A stretch of 64,000 bases of DNA, from assembly GCA_038207335.1 (NCBI GenBank), contig JBBQZX010000008.1:64001-128000 (forward strand), read 5' to 3'. This stretch comes from Chthoniobacterales bacterium (lineage in GTDB: Bacteria > Verrucomicrobiota > Verrucomicrobiia > Chthoniobacterales > Chthoniobacteraceae). Made by a program: the position numbers and the translations under genes. Of the stretch, positions 46,804 through 56,504 are shown one piece after another (within the stretch, counting starts at the first letter, position 1; every line of letters starts with the position of its first letter). Under the pieces are notes generated by a model. It worked only from the letters and a program-made list of their open reading frames with translations. It had not been told where the DNA came from and did no database searches.

Positions 46804-47788
46804 GACGCTGAAATTCGCAGTCGTCGGGTGCGGCTTGATCGGGCGGAAACGGGTCACAGCGATGCGTGCGGGGCAGCTCGCGGTGGCTTGCGATGTGCAG
46901 CTCGCGCGGGCTGAAAGCCTGGTCGCCGAGGCGCGTTCGGGACGCGCGACGGCGGACTTTCACGATGCGGTGAATGATGCGGCGGTGGATGCGGTGATCG
47001 TCTCGACCCTGAACGGCTCGCTCGCGGAAATCGGACTCGCAGCGATTCACGCCGGCAAGCATGTGCTCGTGGAAAAACCGGGCGGGATTTCAGCCGCGCA
47101 ACTCGCAGAAATGCGCGAAGCCGCGACGGCGAAAAACGTGCGGGTGCGGGTCGGCTACAATCACCGGTTTCATCCCGCGTTTCAAAAGGCGCGCGAGCTT
47201 TTCGAGGCGGGCGCACTGGGGCCGATGATGTTCATCCGCGCGCGCTACGGGCACGGTGGGCGGGTCGGCTACGATCGCGAATGGCGCGCCGATCCGGCGG
47301 TTTCCGGCGGCGGCGAGCTGATCGATCAGGGCGTGCATTTGATCGATCTCGCGCGCTGGTTTCTCGGCAATTTCACCGGTCTCGAGGGACACGCGACGAC
47401 GAGCTTTTGGGATATGAAGGTGGACGACAATGCGTTCCTTTCGCTCCGCACCGCGGGCGGGCAGACGGCGTGGCTGCACGCGAGCTGCACGGAGTGGAAA
47501 AATCTTTTCTCGTTCGAGATTTACGGGCGCGACGCGAAGCTGCACGTCGAGGGGCTCGGCGGGAGCTACGGAATCGAGCGGCTCTATTTTTACAGGATGT
47601 TGCCGGAGATGGGGCCGCCCGAGACGACGATCTGGGAATATCCGCGCGGCGATCGGTCGTGGGCGCTGGAGATGGCGGAGTTTGAACAAGACATCGCGCG
47701 CGGGCGCGAGCCGTCGCCGGGGCTCGATGAGGGGCTGGCGGTGATGCGCGTGGTGGACACGATTTACAAGAAATGCGGTTACCCGTGA
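46796..47788 (+). CDS. Gfo/Idh/MocA family oxidoreductase
   Basis: VVGCGLIG, GKHVLVEKP, VGYNHRF, GGGELIDQGVHLID. Confidence 0.92.
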   Translation: MNETLKFAVVGCGLIGRKRVTAMRAGQLAVACDVQLARAESLVAEARSGRATADFHDAVNDAAVDAVIVSTLNGSLAEIGLAAIHAGKHVLVEKPGGISAAQLAEMREAATAKNVRVRVGYNHRFHPAFQKARELFEAGALGPMMFIRARYGHGGRVGYDREWRADPAVSGGGELIDQGVHLIDLARWFLGNFTGLEGHATTSFWDMKVDDNAFLSLRTAGGQTAWLHASCTEWKNLFSFEIYGRDAKLHVEGLGGSYGIERLYFYRMLPEMGPPETTIWEYPRGDRSWALEMAEFEQDIARGREPSPGLDEGLAVMRVVDTIYKKCGYP

Positions 47789-47898
47789 TCCGCGCTTCGC
47801 GCGCCCGTGGCTTTCCGCAAATGCTCTAGGTTCGCTGAACGCCGCAAGAAGAACGGAACTGTCGCCAAGGAGATTTGAATCATCCAGTTTACCCACGC

Positions 47899-48951
47899 AT
47901 GCGCAAACTACTCGTCACCGGCTCTTCGGGACTGATCGGCTCCGAAGTCACGGGCTATTTCTGCGAACGAGGCTGGGAAGTGCATGGAGCCGACAACAAC
48001 ATGCGGGCGGACTTTTTCGGCCCCGCGGGAGACACGCGCTGGAACCAGAACCGGCTCCTGGCGACACATACGGGGTTCCGCCATCACGAGCTGGACATCC
48101 GGGATCGCGCGGCGGTGCTCGCGTGTGTCGAGTCGCTGCGTCCGGCGATGATCGTCCATACCGCAGCACAGCCCAGCCACGATCTCGCCGCCTCACGGCC
48201 GTTCGACGATTTTGATGTCAACGCTGGCGGCACGCTGAATCTGCTCGAAGCGGCGAGGCGTCATGCGCCCGAGACAGTCTTTGTGCACATGAGCACTAAC
48301 AAGGTGTACGGCGACCGTCCCAACTCCATCCGACTCCGCGAACTTCCCACCCGATGGGACTACGATGATCCGGCTTACGCAGAGGGGATCTCGGAAACAT
48401 TTCCCATCGATCAGAGCAAGCACAGCCTCTTCGGCGCATCGAAGGTCGCGGCAGACATCATGGTGCAGGAATATGGACGTTATTTCGGCATGAAGACTTG
48501 CTGCCTGCGAGGGGGCTGCCTCACCGGTCCGAATCACAGCGGAGTCGAGCTGCACGGATTCCTCAGCTACCTGATTCAGTGTAACCTTCAAGGCTGCCCG
48601 TATCATGTTTACGGCTATGGGGGTAAGCAGGTGCGTGATAACATCCACGCCCTGGATGTTGCGCGGTTCATCCACGCATTCTCCGAGGCACCGCGTTCCG
48701 GGGAAGTTTATAACATCGGGGGCGGTCGCGCCAATAGCTGTTCGATACTGGAGGCGTTTGATCGCATCGCCGCGCTCACCGGAAAGAAGATGGAACACGA
48801 TTACATGAACAAAAATCGCGAGGGTGACCACATCTGCTACATCAGCGACCTATCGAAAATGAAGGCGCACTTCCCCGGGTGGAACATCACTCAGTCGCTT
48901 GATAACATCTTCGAGCAGATCCACCAGTCAGCTGCTTCGGGGAGGGTGTGA
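47899..48951 (+). CDS. NAD-dependent epimerase, CDP-paratose 2-epimerase (RfbE/Tyv)-like
   Basis: [41 protein letters not shown]. Confidence 0.82.
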   Translation: MRKLLVTGSSGLIGSEVTGYFCERGWEVHGADNNMRADFFGPAGDTRWNQNRLLATHTGFRHHELDIRDRAAVLACVESLRPAMIVHTAAQPSHDLAASRPFDDFDVNAGGTLNLLEAARRHAPETVFVHMSTNKVYGDRPNSIRLRELPTRWDYDDPAYAEGISETFPIDQSKHSLFGASKVAADIMVQEYGRYFGMKTCCLRGGCLTGPNHSGVELHGFLSYLIQCNLQGCPYHVYGYGGKQVRDNIHALDVARFIHAFSEAPRSGEVYNIGGGRANSCSILEAFDRIAALTGKKMEHDYMNKNREGDHICYISDLSKMKAHFPGWNITQSLDNIFEQIHQSAASGRV

Positions 48952-48989
48952 GCGCTTCGAGGGAAGGCACACCGCGAGACCGCTTCCGC

Positions 48990-50933
48990 TCAATCCGCCG
49001 CCGGGAGAACTGAGGGTTGCAAGCGCAGCAGCGGGGCGGAGGCCAGAACGGTGACGAAGCTGATGGAAAACAGGAGTATCCACTTGCCGCTTTGCGCGAG
49101 GCCTTCCGTGAATGGGGTGCAACGCCCAGAGGCGCGAGGCTCGGAAAACGCAAACCACGCCGTTTCGCTCGCATCGGTGGCCTCGAGGTGGTAGGACGTG
49201 CCGGGATGGACGCGGGCATAGATCGCATCGCGATCGCGCAGCAGAGAGGGGAATGTGGTGCGCAGTTTCGGGAGCAGATCCTCGCGGGTGCCGGCTGCTT
49301 CATCGACGAGTTCGAGCTTCGCCTCGGGGATCCGGTATGCGGAGAAACGCGCGCGTTTGTCCAAGAGGAATTCGACGACGATGTAGTCGCGCTGCGGGAC
49401 GAACGCATTCGAGATGAAGCGCGCGGTAAAGGCCTCCCGCATTTCGGGATGGTAGCTGCCCCAATAGTTTGCCGCCGGCCGACCGAAGTAGGCTGGGTGG
49501 GCGGCACCAGGGAGAAAATTCGCGGCACCCGCGTTCACGGGCGAGAGCGGCCAGCCGATGACATCGGCACTGGCGAGCACAGGGTTGGTTCCCGCCGTCC
49601 GGAGCCAGGGGCGGAGTACTTCCGCCGGGGCGATGTCACGGGTTTCGTCAGTCCCGGCAGGCAGGACGGATGGTTCTTCGGAGATCCATCTACGCAAATC
49701 CCCTACCTTGGGGGGCTCTGGCCATTCGCCATTTTCCCGCGCGACGAAAGGCCATGTGCGGTAAAGGAGATGCAGGGAAAACCCGAAGGCGAGGAGGGTG
49801 ATCGTGCCAAGGGTGAAGACGCGCACCGGGAAGCCGACGGGCGTCTCCTGCCAAAGCCTCCGCAGGCAGATCGCGCTGAGGAGCGGGAGCAGGACGAGAA
49901 TATCTGTGTAGCGGTTCGAAGGCATGTTGAAATTGCCCTCGTCCGCGCGGAAGAGTCCCATGCCCACCGTTTGAAGCAGCACCAGCGCCGCGACGGCGAG
50001 CGTGAATTCGTTGGCCGACGTGCGCCATCGTGACAGGCGTATGTAGCGCCAGACGAAGAGGCCGACCGGGAGCAAAGTCACCAAGGCGGAGGCCGGAAGG
50101 AAGACGTTGGGCCACGCCGCCGCCTTAAGCACCGTGGTGAAGAACTGAATCACGCCGGGGCGCGGAGCAGCGGCTTCACCGCGCGGCATGGAGATGAAGG
50201 CATAGAGGAAAAGGGCCAGCGAGGCGGCGATGAGCAGCGCATCCGGTCCGCTGCAGCGCCTTCGGAAGAAGGAGCGCAGGCCCGCGACCGCGACGATTGC
50301 GAGACAGACGAGGCAACCCGAACCGAGGCTCCACGTGGCCATCAGCGCGAGCACGAGCGCCGCAAAGGCATGCCACCATCGATCGCGGCGGAAGACCACC
50401 AGGGACAGAGCTAGCAGCGAGAAAGACATCGTGGCAGCGAAACCCGAAAGGAAGCCCCAGCTAACGCGATGGCCCGCGAAGGGAATGCCAATCAGAAAAA
50501 CCACGGCGAGCGAGAGCAAGAGGTTCTGGCGTGCCGGAATCCCGCGCGCGAAGAGCGCCTGCACGATCGCCGCATAACCCCCTGCGACGAGCGCCCCGAT
50601 CACGAATTCAAGCCGCATGTCGTACGCGCCGTTGAGGAGGAAACAGAGCAGGCTGCTCGCACGAGCGAAGGCGTAAAAATGCGCGCCGTGCCGCTCGAAA
50701 ACGAACTGCCAGTGATGCTCGCCCTGCGACCAACGCTCGAGCCAGGCGACCGTCGTCCAGTCGTCGGCGAAAGGCACCTGCGTGGTGAATCTTTCACCCA
50801 CAGCCAGACGAAGCGCGGCGACCATCAGTCCCGTGAGTACCACGCAAAGCCACGGGCGCGCCCACTCGAGTCGCTGACTGAGACCCGCAACGAAGCGTGC
50901 GGGCAGGGAGGGGAGTGCGAGGTTGCTATTCAT
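48990..50933 (-). CDS. Polytopic membrane protein, probable GT-C-type glycosyltransferase
   Basis: N-terminal TM then P..DDW acidic loop and H..H, about 11 TMs, SNRY motif, C-terminal periplasmic domain; downstream of a polyprenyl-type GT2. Confidence 0.55.
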   Translation of the reverse strand: MNSNLALPSLPARFVAGLSQRLEWARPWLCVVLTGLMVAALRLAVGERFTTQVPFADDWTTVAWLERWSQGEHHWQFVFERHGAHFYAFARASSLLCFLLNGAYDMRLEFVIGALVAGGYAAIVQALFARGIPARQNLLLSLAVVFLIGIPFAGHRVSWGFLSGFAATMSFSLLALSLVVFRRDRWWHAFAALVLALMATWSLGSGCLVCLAIVAVAGLRSFFRRRCSGPDALLIAASLALFLYAFISMPRGEAAAPRPGVIQFFTTVLKAAAWPNVFLPASALVTLLPVGLFVWRYIRLSRWRTSANEFTLAVAALVLLQTVGMGLFRADEGNFNMPSNRYTDILVLLPLLSAICLRRLWQETPVGFPVRVFTLGTITLLAFGFSLHLLYRTWPFVARENGEWPEPPKVGDLRRWISEEPSVLPAGTDETRDIAPAEVLRPWLRTAGTNPVLASADVIGWPLSPVNAGAANFLPGAAHPAYFGRPAANYWGSYHPEMREAFTARFISNAFVPQRDYIVVEFLLDKRARFSAYRIPEAKLELVDEAAGTREDLLPKLRTTFPSLLRDRDAIYARVHPGTSYHLEATDASETAWFAFSEPRASGRCTPFTEGLAQSGKWILLFSISFVTVLASAPLLRLQPSVLPAAD

Positions 50934-50940
50934 GGGGAAC

Positions 50941-51621
50941 CTACTTCACGCCGACGACGAGGAACTGTCGGCCGATAAAGCGCCACGCGAACGCGAGCCG
51001 CAGGTAGAGTCGCAGGAAAAACAGCGGTGGCCGGAAGCCGGCCGACATCGAGTAGGGCAGGAACTTTGGAATGCACCGCTCGATGCGGAAGGATTCCAGC
51101 CGGAGCAATTCGGAGAGCGATGCTTCGGTCAGAGTCACGTGATGATCCCAAAAATCCCAATAGGAGCCAGGCAGGAATTTGATGTTCGGCCCCATGCAGA
51201 TGAGGCGTCCGCCAGGTCGCAGGCAGCGCCAAGCCTGCGCGACTGTCTTCTGCAGCAATTCCTTATCCGGCAAATGCTCGAAGAAGTTTGAGGTGAAGAC
51301 GACGTCGAGCGACTCGTCGGGAAGCGGCCACATTGCGGAACAATCCTGATTGAGGAAAGTGACTCCTTCACCGAGTCGCTGGCCACCTTCGGGGTTGAGA
51401 TCCATCCCATATTTTTTGGTCGCCTGGATCTGGCTGATGAATTCACCCCAGCCGCAGCCGAGATCGAGCACGGTCTGATCCGTGCCGACGAGACGCTGGA
51501 AATACTCGCGCGTGAGCACGGCCCAGACACGACGGCGGTATTCGTGCATCGCGCTGAAACGCAATTGGTATTCGCGCTGGAGTTCAGCGCCTTTTTCCGT
51601 AGCAGAGGATTCGGGGTTCAT
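50941..51621 (-). CDS. Class I SAM-dependent methyltransferase
   Basis: VLDLGCG.G, GMDLN, SNFFEHL, LRPGG. Confidence 0.87.
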   Translation of the reverse strand: MNPESSATEKGAELQREYQLRFSAMHEYRRRVWAVLTREYFQRLVGTDQTVLDLGCGWGEFISQIQATKKYGMDLNPEGGQRLGEGVTFLNQDCSAMWPLPDESLDVVFTSNFFEHLPDKELLQKTVAQAWRCLRPGGRLICMGPNIKFLPGSYWDFWDHHVTLTEASLSELLRLESFRIERCIPKFLPYSMSAGFRPPLFFLRLYLRLAFAWRFIGRQFLVVGVK

Positions 51622-52424
51622 GGGTTTGATTCCTCCGCCGGCAGGTTATTCTTGTGGTAGTCGCCCCGGCTGAAATATTTCTCCAGCCACACATAGAGGC
51701 AGATGAAAAGGTAGCGGCTGCCCATCTCGCGGATTTTCAGCTTCGCCTCGCCCGTCCGGCGGTTGCGCCAGGTGATGGGTATGACGGTCCACGAATAGCC
51801 GCGCACGATAGCCTTGAGCGGGATTTCGACAGTGAGGTTAAAGTGCGGCGCGATGAGCGGACGGCAGCCATCTATCACCGTCTTGCGATAGGCCTTGAAG
51901 GCATTCGTCACGTCGTTGAGGCGGATGTTGAAAAGCAGGCGGAGGAAGAGGTTCGCCAGACGGTTCATGCGGAGCTTCAGCCAGGGGTAATCAATGACGC
52001 CGCCGCCTTTCACAAACCGGCTGCCAAAGACGCAGTCGTGTCCCTCGTTGAGGAGTTGCCAATAGCGGACGACATCCCGGCAGTCGTCGGAATCATCCGC
52101 CATCATGATGGTGACCGCATCGCCCTTCATCTGATCGAGACCGCAGACAATGGCGCGGCCGAAGCCGTGCGGGCCCTCGTTTCGCAGCGACTGAAGCTCG
52201 GGAATGCGCCCACGCATCTCCTGCAGGATCGGCCAAGTCGCATCGCTGCTGCCGTCATCTACCACGATGATTTCGTGGGGGACATTGTGCAGGCGCAGTT
52301 CCAAGTGCAGGCGCTCGACGGTCGCGGCGATGCAGCCCGCCTCGTCGCGCGCGGGGATGACGATGCTCATTAGGCGCAACGGCGGCGGCGGGATGGGAGC
52401 AGGAACTGTTTCAACCATGTTCAT
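51618..52424 (-). CDS. Glycosyltransferase family 2 (polyprenyl-phosphate/DPM1-GtrB-like)
   Basis: SIVIPARDE, IVVDDGSSDAT, G.GRA...G, MMADDSD, VFGSRF, D...AFKAY; ATG 52424 overlaps the upstream stop. Confidence 0.88.
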   Translation of the reverse strand: MNMVETVPAPIPPPPLRLMSIVIPARDEAGCIAATVERLHLELRLHNVPHEIIVVDDGSSDATWPILQEMRGRIPELQSLRNEGPHGFGRAIVCGLDQMKGDAVTIMMADDSDDCRDVVRYWQLLNEGHDCVFGSRFVKGGGVIDYPWLKLRMNRLANLFLRLLFNIRLNDVTNAFKAYRKTVIDGCRPLIAPHFNLTVEIPLKAIVRGYSWTVIPITWRNRRTGEAKLKIREMGSRYLFICLYVWLEKYFSRGDYHKNNLPAEESNP

Positions 52425-53488
52425 GCGCCGGAAAGTTCCAGCCAACGGGGATTTTTCTCCGCGTGCTCCGCGATCTCTGTGAGCACGGATTGCATCGGGC
52501 GCCGGGGTTTCCAATCCCAGAATTTTTCCGCACGGCTGCTGTCCATGACCATCCACGGGATGTCGAAGCGGCGAGGCCTGCCATCGGGTTCCACCGTGTG
52601 GGAGCCGAATCGTTCCGCGCACCACGCGCTGAGTTCCGCGAGCGACATGGCGTTTTCCGGGCCGCCGCCGGCATGGGTAATCCTCGGCGCGGATGCGTCA
52701 GGGTTTTGCATTTGCCGCACCAGCAACGGCACGAGATCGGCCGGGTGCAGCATATCGCGCACTTGGCCGCCCAAACCCTCGAAACCGAGGTAACGCAGCG
52801 GAAGCCGGGCGCGCCAGGCATGAAGCCAATAAGAGAATATGCCCTGCTCCGCAGTCCCGAACTGTCCCGGTCCCGCCAAGACCCCGCAGCGGTTGATCCA
52901 TACGGGAAAGGAAAACGTCGCGCCGTATTCGAGTGCGAGCTGCTCGGAAGCCAGTTTCGTGCTTCCGTAGAGCGAAATGGGCGGTTCGGTGCTGAAATCC
53001 TCGCGAAGGCCGCGGGCGCTCACTCCCGGCGCGAGGGGCTTGGCGTCATCCAGCTCAAAGCGCAGGCCCTCCCGCCGAAGCGGCAGGCTGGTGAGCGCAG
53101 CGATCGAGTAAACACGGCTCGTGCTCAGCAGGATCAAGCCGGCGGCGGTGCGCCGACAGTATTCGAGCAGGTTGATCGTACCGAGCAGGTTGTGCTCGAC
53201 GAGCTGTCGGCTGCTGGCCTTGCCATCAATACCCGCCTGCACGCTGGGATTCGCGGCGGCATCAATCACCCAATCGACGGGCGGGAGAGTTTCCAGATCG
53301 CTGGCAGAGCGCAAATCACCATGGAGAACCCTAACCCTGGATTTCTGAAGCAAGGCGCGATTCGTTTCACTGCCGGGGCGGCTCAAGTTATCCATGCCCG
53401 AGATTTCCAAACCGGGCGAATGGCCGCAGAATGCCTGCGACAAGGCCGCTCCGGCAAATCCGCAAATGCCTGTGATGAAAACCTTCAT
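52421..53488 (-). CDS. NAD-dependent epimerase, second RfbE/Tyv-like paralog
   Basis: ITGICGFAG, DNLSRPGSE.N, STSRVY, SLYGSTK, NRCGVLAGPGQFG...QG, GGQVRD. Confidence 0.82.
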   Translation of the reverse strand: MKVFITGICGFAGAALSQAFCGHSPGLEISGMDNLSRPGSETNRALLQKSRVRVLHGDLRSASDLETLPPVDWVIDAAANPSVQAGIDGKASSRQLVEHNLLGTINLLEYCRRTAAGLILLSTSRVYSIAALTSLPLRREGLRFELDDAKPLAPGVSARGLREDFSTEPPISLYGSTKLASEQLALEYGATFSFPVWINRCGVLAGPGQFGTAEQGIFSYWLHAWRARLPLRYLGFEGLGGQVRDMLHPADLVPLLVRQMQNPDASAPRITHAGGGPENAMSLAELSAWCAERFGSHTVEPDGRPRRFDIPWMVMDSSRAEKFWDWKPRRPMQSVLTEIAEHAEKNPRWLELSGA

Positions 53489-53635
53489 GGGAAATCCGCA
53501 AAATTGCACGGATGGGCAAGCCATGTAAACACGGGATGGACGCAACCTCTTCGCCTGCCGGTGGTTGATCGCTGCATTTCAACCTTTGCAGAGCCCGGCG
53601 CTTTCGAGTTTGAAGGAGGCTGTGACTCTTCCGGA

Positions 53636-54613
53636 ATGATTATCACCCGCTCACCTTTGCGCATTTCCCTCGGCGGCGGCGGCACGGATTTGCCGTCTTA
53701 TTATGAGGAGCACGGCGGGTTTCTCGTTGCGGCGGCGATCGACAAATATGTCTATCTCACGCTGCACGAGACGTTTGTGCCTGAGCTAATCATCAAATAT
53801 TCCAAAATGGAGCGGGTGAAAACGGTGGAGGAAGTGGAGCACCCGATCATTCGCGAGACAATGAAACTGCTCGGGGTGAAAGCGCCGTCGCTGGAGCTGA
53901 CCTCCATGGCGGACATCCCGGCGGGGACTGGGCTGGGGTCGTCGGGGAGTTTCACGACGGCACTTTTGAAGGCGCTGCACGCGCACAAAAATCATCTCGT
54001 GCATCCGAGCGAACTCGCGGCGCAGGCGTGCCGGATAGAGATCGACATCCTCGGTGAGCCGATCGGGAAACAGGATCAGTACATCGCGGCGTATGGCGGG
54101 CTGACTTGTTTTGAGTTCAAGCCGGACGGCAGCGTGGTCGCGGAGGCGCTGAAAATTTCGCAGGAGACGATCTTCAATTTGGAGGACGATCTGCTGCTTT
54201 TTTTCACGGGTTATTCGCGCTCGGCGTCGGCTATTTTGAAAGAGCAGGACGTGAAGAGCAAAGGGCGCGACCAGGCGATGATCGACAATCTGCATTTCGT
54301 GAAAGAGCTCGGATACAAGAGCCGCGCGGCGCTGGAGAGCGGCGATCTCGCGGAGTTTGGGCGGCTCATGGATGTGCATTGGCAGAACAAAAAGAAGCGC
54401 TCCGGCGGCATGAGCAATCCGCGCATCAATGAATGGTACGAGCTCGCGATGGCGAATGGCGCGACGGGCGGAAAGCTGATCGGCGCGGGCGGCGGCGGCT
54501 TCCTCATGTTTCACGCGAGCGACAAGGCGCGGCTGCGGCATGTGCTGCGCGAGGCGGGGATGACGGAGGTGCGCTTCCGTTTCGATTTCGAGGGCACCAA
54601 GCGGGTGATCTGA
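53636..54613 (+). CDS. hddA: GHMP-family sugar-phosphate 1-kinase (HddA/LmbP-like)
   Basis: MIITRSPLRISLGGGGTD, PAGTGLGSS, GKQDQY, GGKLIGAGGGGF. Confidence 0.85.
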   Translation: MIITRSPLRISLGGGGTDLPSYYEEHGGFLVAAAIDKYVYLTLHETFVPELIIKYSKMERVKTVEEVEHPIIRETMKLLGVKAPSLELTSMADIPAGTGLGSSGSFTTALLKALHAHKNHLVHPSELAAQACRIEIDILGEPIGKQDQYIAAYGGLTCFEFKPDGSVVAEALKISQETIFNLEDDLLLFFTGYSRSASAILKEQDVKSKGRDQAMIDNLHFVKELGYKSRAALESGDLAEFGRLMDVHWQNKKKRSGGMSNPRINEWYELAMANGATGGKLIGAGGGGFLMFHASDKARLRHVLREAGMTEVRFRFDFEGTKRVI

Positions 54614-54615
54614 GA

Positions 54616-55332
54616 ATGGGTCTCGCCGGCACTCCAGTCGCGATCCTCGCGGGCGGGCTCGCGACGCGGCTGCGGCCGATTACGGAGACGGTGCCGAAGG
54701 TGCTCATTCCGGTGGCGGGGCGGCCATTTCTGGCACATCAGCTCGAGATGCTGCGCTCGCAGGGAATCCGCCGGGCAGTGCTGTGTGTCGGGCATCTCGG
54801 CGAGCGCGTGCGGGGGGAATTTGGGGACGGCAGCGCGCATGGTGTGGCGCTCGAATATTCGTTCGACGGGCCCACGCTTCTCGGGACGGGAGGCGCGCTG
54901 AAGCAAGCGTGCGGCTTGCTTGGCGAGCGGTTCTTCGTCTTGTACGGCGACTCGTATTTGCCGACGAGGTTCGCGCCGATCGCCGAGTTTTTTGAAATGA
55001 GCGGGCGGCTCGGACTGATGACTGTTTTCAAAAATGAAGGTCTCTACGACACGAGCAACGTCGTGTTTCGCGACGGCGAGATTTTGATCTACGACAAAAA
55101 ATCGCGCACGCCGGAGACGCGCCACATCGACTACGGGCTGAGCCTTTTTCGTGCGGCTGCGTTTGCGGATTGGCCAGCGCGCGAGGCATTCGATCTAGCG
55201 GATGTGATGCAGCGGCTGCTCGCGCGCGGCCAACTCGCGGGGTATGAAGTGCGCGAGCGTTTTTACGAGATCGGCTCGCACGCCGGGCTCGCCGAACTGA
55301 ACCTCCTCCTCAACTCAAAACCCACGCCATGA
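54616..55332 (+). CDS. hddC: Sugar-1-phosphate nucleotidyltransferase (HddC/LmbO-like)
   Basis: ILAGGLATRL.P.T..VPK.L, LGTGGAL, LYGDSY, FYEIG. Confidence 0.8.
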   Translation: MGLAGTPVAILAGGLATRLRPITETVPKVLIPVAGRPFLAHQLEMLRSQGIRRAVLCVGHLGERVRGEFGDGSAHGVALEYSFDGPTLLGTGGALKQACGLLGERFFVLYGDSYLPTRFAPIAEFFEMSGRLGLMTVFKNEGLYDTSNVVFRDGEILIYDKKSRTPETRHIDYGLSLFRAAAFADWPAREAFDLADVMQRLLARGQLAGYEVRERFYEIGSHAGLAELNLLLNSKPTP

Positions 55333-55925
55333 CCTTTGCCGAACAATATCTCAGCGAAACCACCGACATCGTCTCGAAGCTCGATCCGGGCGTGATGGAG
55401 GCGATGGCGGACAAGCTCGCGGATCTGCGCGCGGGCGGCGGGCGGCTCTTCATCCTCGGCGTCGGAGGCAGCGCTGCGAATGCCTCGCACGCGGTGAACG
55501 ACTTCCGAAAAATCGCGGGGATCGAGTGCTACGCGCCGACCGACAATGTCTCCGAACTGTCCGCGCGGACGAACGACGAAGGCTGGGCGACGGTCTTCGC
55601 AGAATGGCTTCGCGGAAGCCGGCTCAATGCAAAAGACGGGCTCCTCATTTTCTCGGTCGGTGGTGGGAATCTCGAAAAAAACGTGAGCCCGAATCTCGTG
55701 CAGGCGGTGCAGCTCGCGAAAGAAGTCGGCGCGCTCGTACTCGGCATCGTCGGGCGCGACGGCGGCTTCACGGCGAAAAACGCTGACGTGTGCGCGATCG
55801 TGCCGACGGTGAATGCGGCAAACGTCACGCCGCATTCGGAGGCGTTTCAGGGCGTGCTGTGGCATCTGCTCGTCTCGCATCCCAAGCTGAAAATCGTGGA
55901 GACGAAGTGGGAGAGCGTGAAGTGA
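55329..55925 (+). CDS. gmhA: SIS-domain phospho-sugar isomerase (GmhA-like, divergent)
   Basis: G.GGSAA..SH, A..ND.G, S.GG...S.NL..A, G..G.DGG. Confidence 0.75.
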   Translation: MTFAEQYLSETTDIVSKLDPGVMEAMADKLADLRAGGGRLFILGVGGSAANASHAVNDFRKIAGIECYAPTDNVSELSARTNDEGWATVFAEWLRGSRLNAKDGLLIFSVGGGNLEKNVSPNLVQAVQLAKEVGALVLGIVGRDGGFTAKNADVCAIVPTVNAANVTPHSEAFQGVLWHLLVSHPKLKIVETKWESVK

Positions 55926-56458
55926 GCGCGGCGCGCGCGGTTTTTCTCGACCGCGACGGCGTGCTGAATGGCGCGGTCGTGCGGGATGGAAAGCCGTATC
56001 CGCCGGCGAATGCGGAGGAGTTCGAACTGCTGCCGGGAGTCGTCGAGGCGTGCCTGCTTTTGAAGGAACGCGGCTTTCTGCTGATCGTCGCGACGAATCA
56101 GCCGGACGTCGGTCGCGGCACGCAGGAGCAGGCCGTCGTCGAGGTGATGCACCGAAAAATGTGCGATGCGCTGCCGCTCGATCACGTCGAAGTCTGCTAC
56201 GATCCGGGGCAAGGCGTGGCGTCGGATTTTCGCAAACCCGCGCCGGGGATGCTGCTGCGCGCGTCGTCGCTTTTCGGGATCGACCTGAGCCAGTCGTACA
56301 TGGTCGGCGACCGGTGGCGCGACATCGACTGCGGGCAAGCCGCGGGCTGCCAGACGATTTTCATCGACCGCGGATACGATGAAAGTTTGCGCCAGCAGCC
56401 TGACTTTCGCGCCGCCGATCTGGCCGCGGCGGCGGCGCTGATTCTTCGCTTGAATTGA
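55922..56458 (+). CDS. gmhB: HAD-IIIA sugar-bisphosphate phosphatase (GmhB/LmbK-like)
   Basis: AVFLDRDGVLN, ATNQ, RKPAPGML, MVGDRWRDI; GTG start overlaps the upstream stop. Confidence 0.87.
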   Translation: MSAARAVFLDRDGVLNGAVVRDGKPYPPANAEEFELLPGVVEACLLLKERGFLLIVATNQPDVGRGTQEQAVVEVMHRKMCDALPLDHVEVCYDPGQGVASDFRKPAPGMLLRASSLFGIDLSQSYMVGDRWRDIDCGQAAGCQTIFIDRGYDESLRQQPDFRAADLAAAAALILRLN

Positions 56459-56504
56459 CCAATTCCGAGGCGATGCCAGTCTGAAACAACCATCCCAAAA
56501 TCCC

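Noticed and set aside
52463..53635. N-terminal extension making the kinase ORF 716 aa
   Set aside because: It is the antisense shadow of the minus-strand epimerase; the kinase begins at the conserved MIITRSPLRIS (53636).
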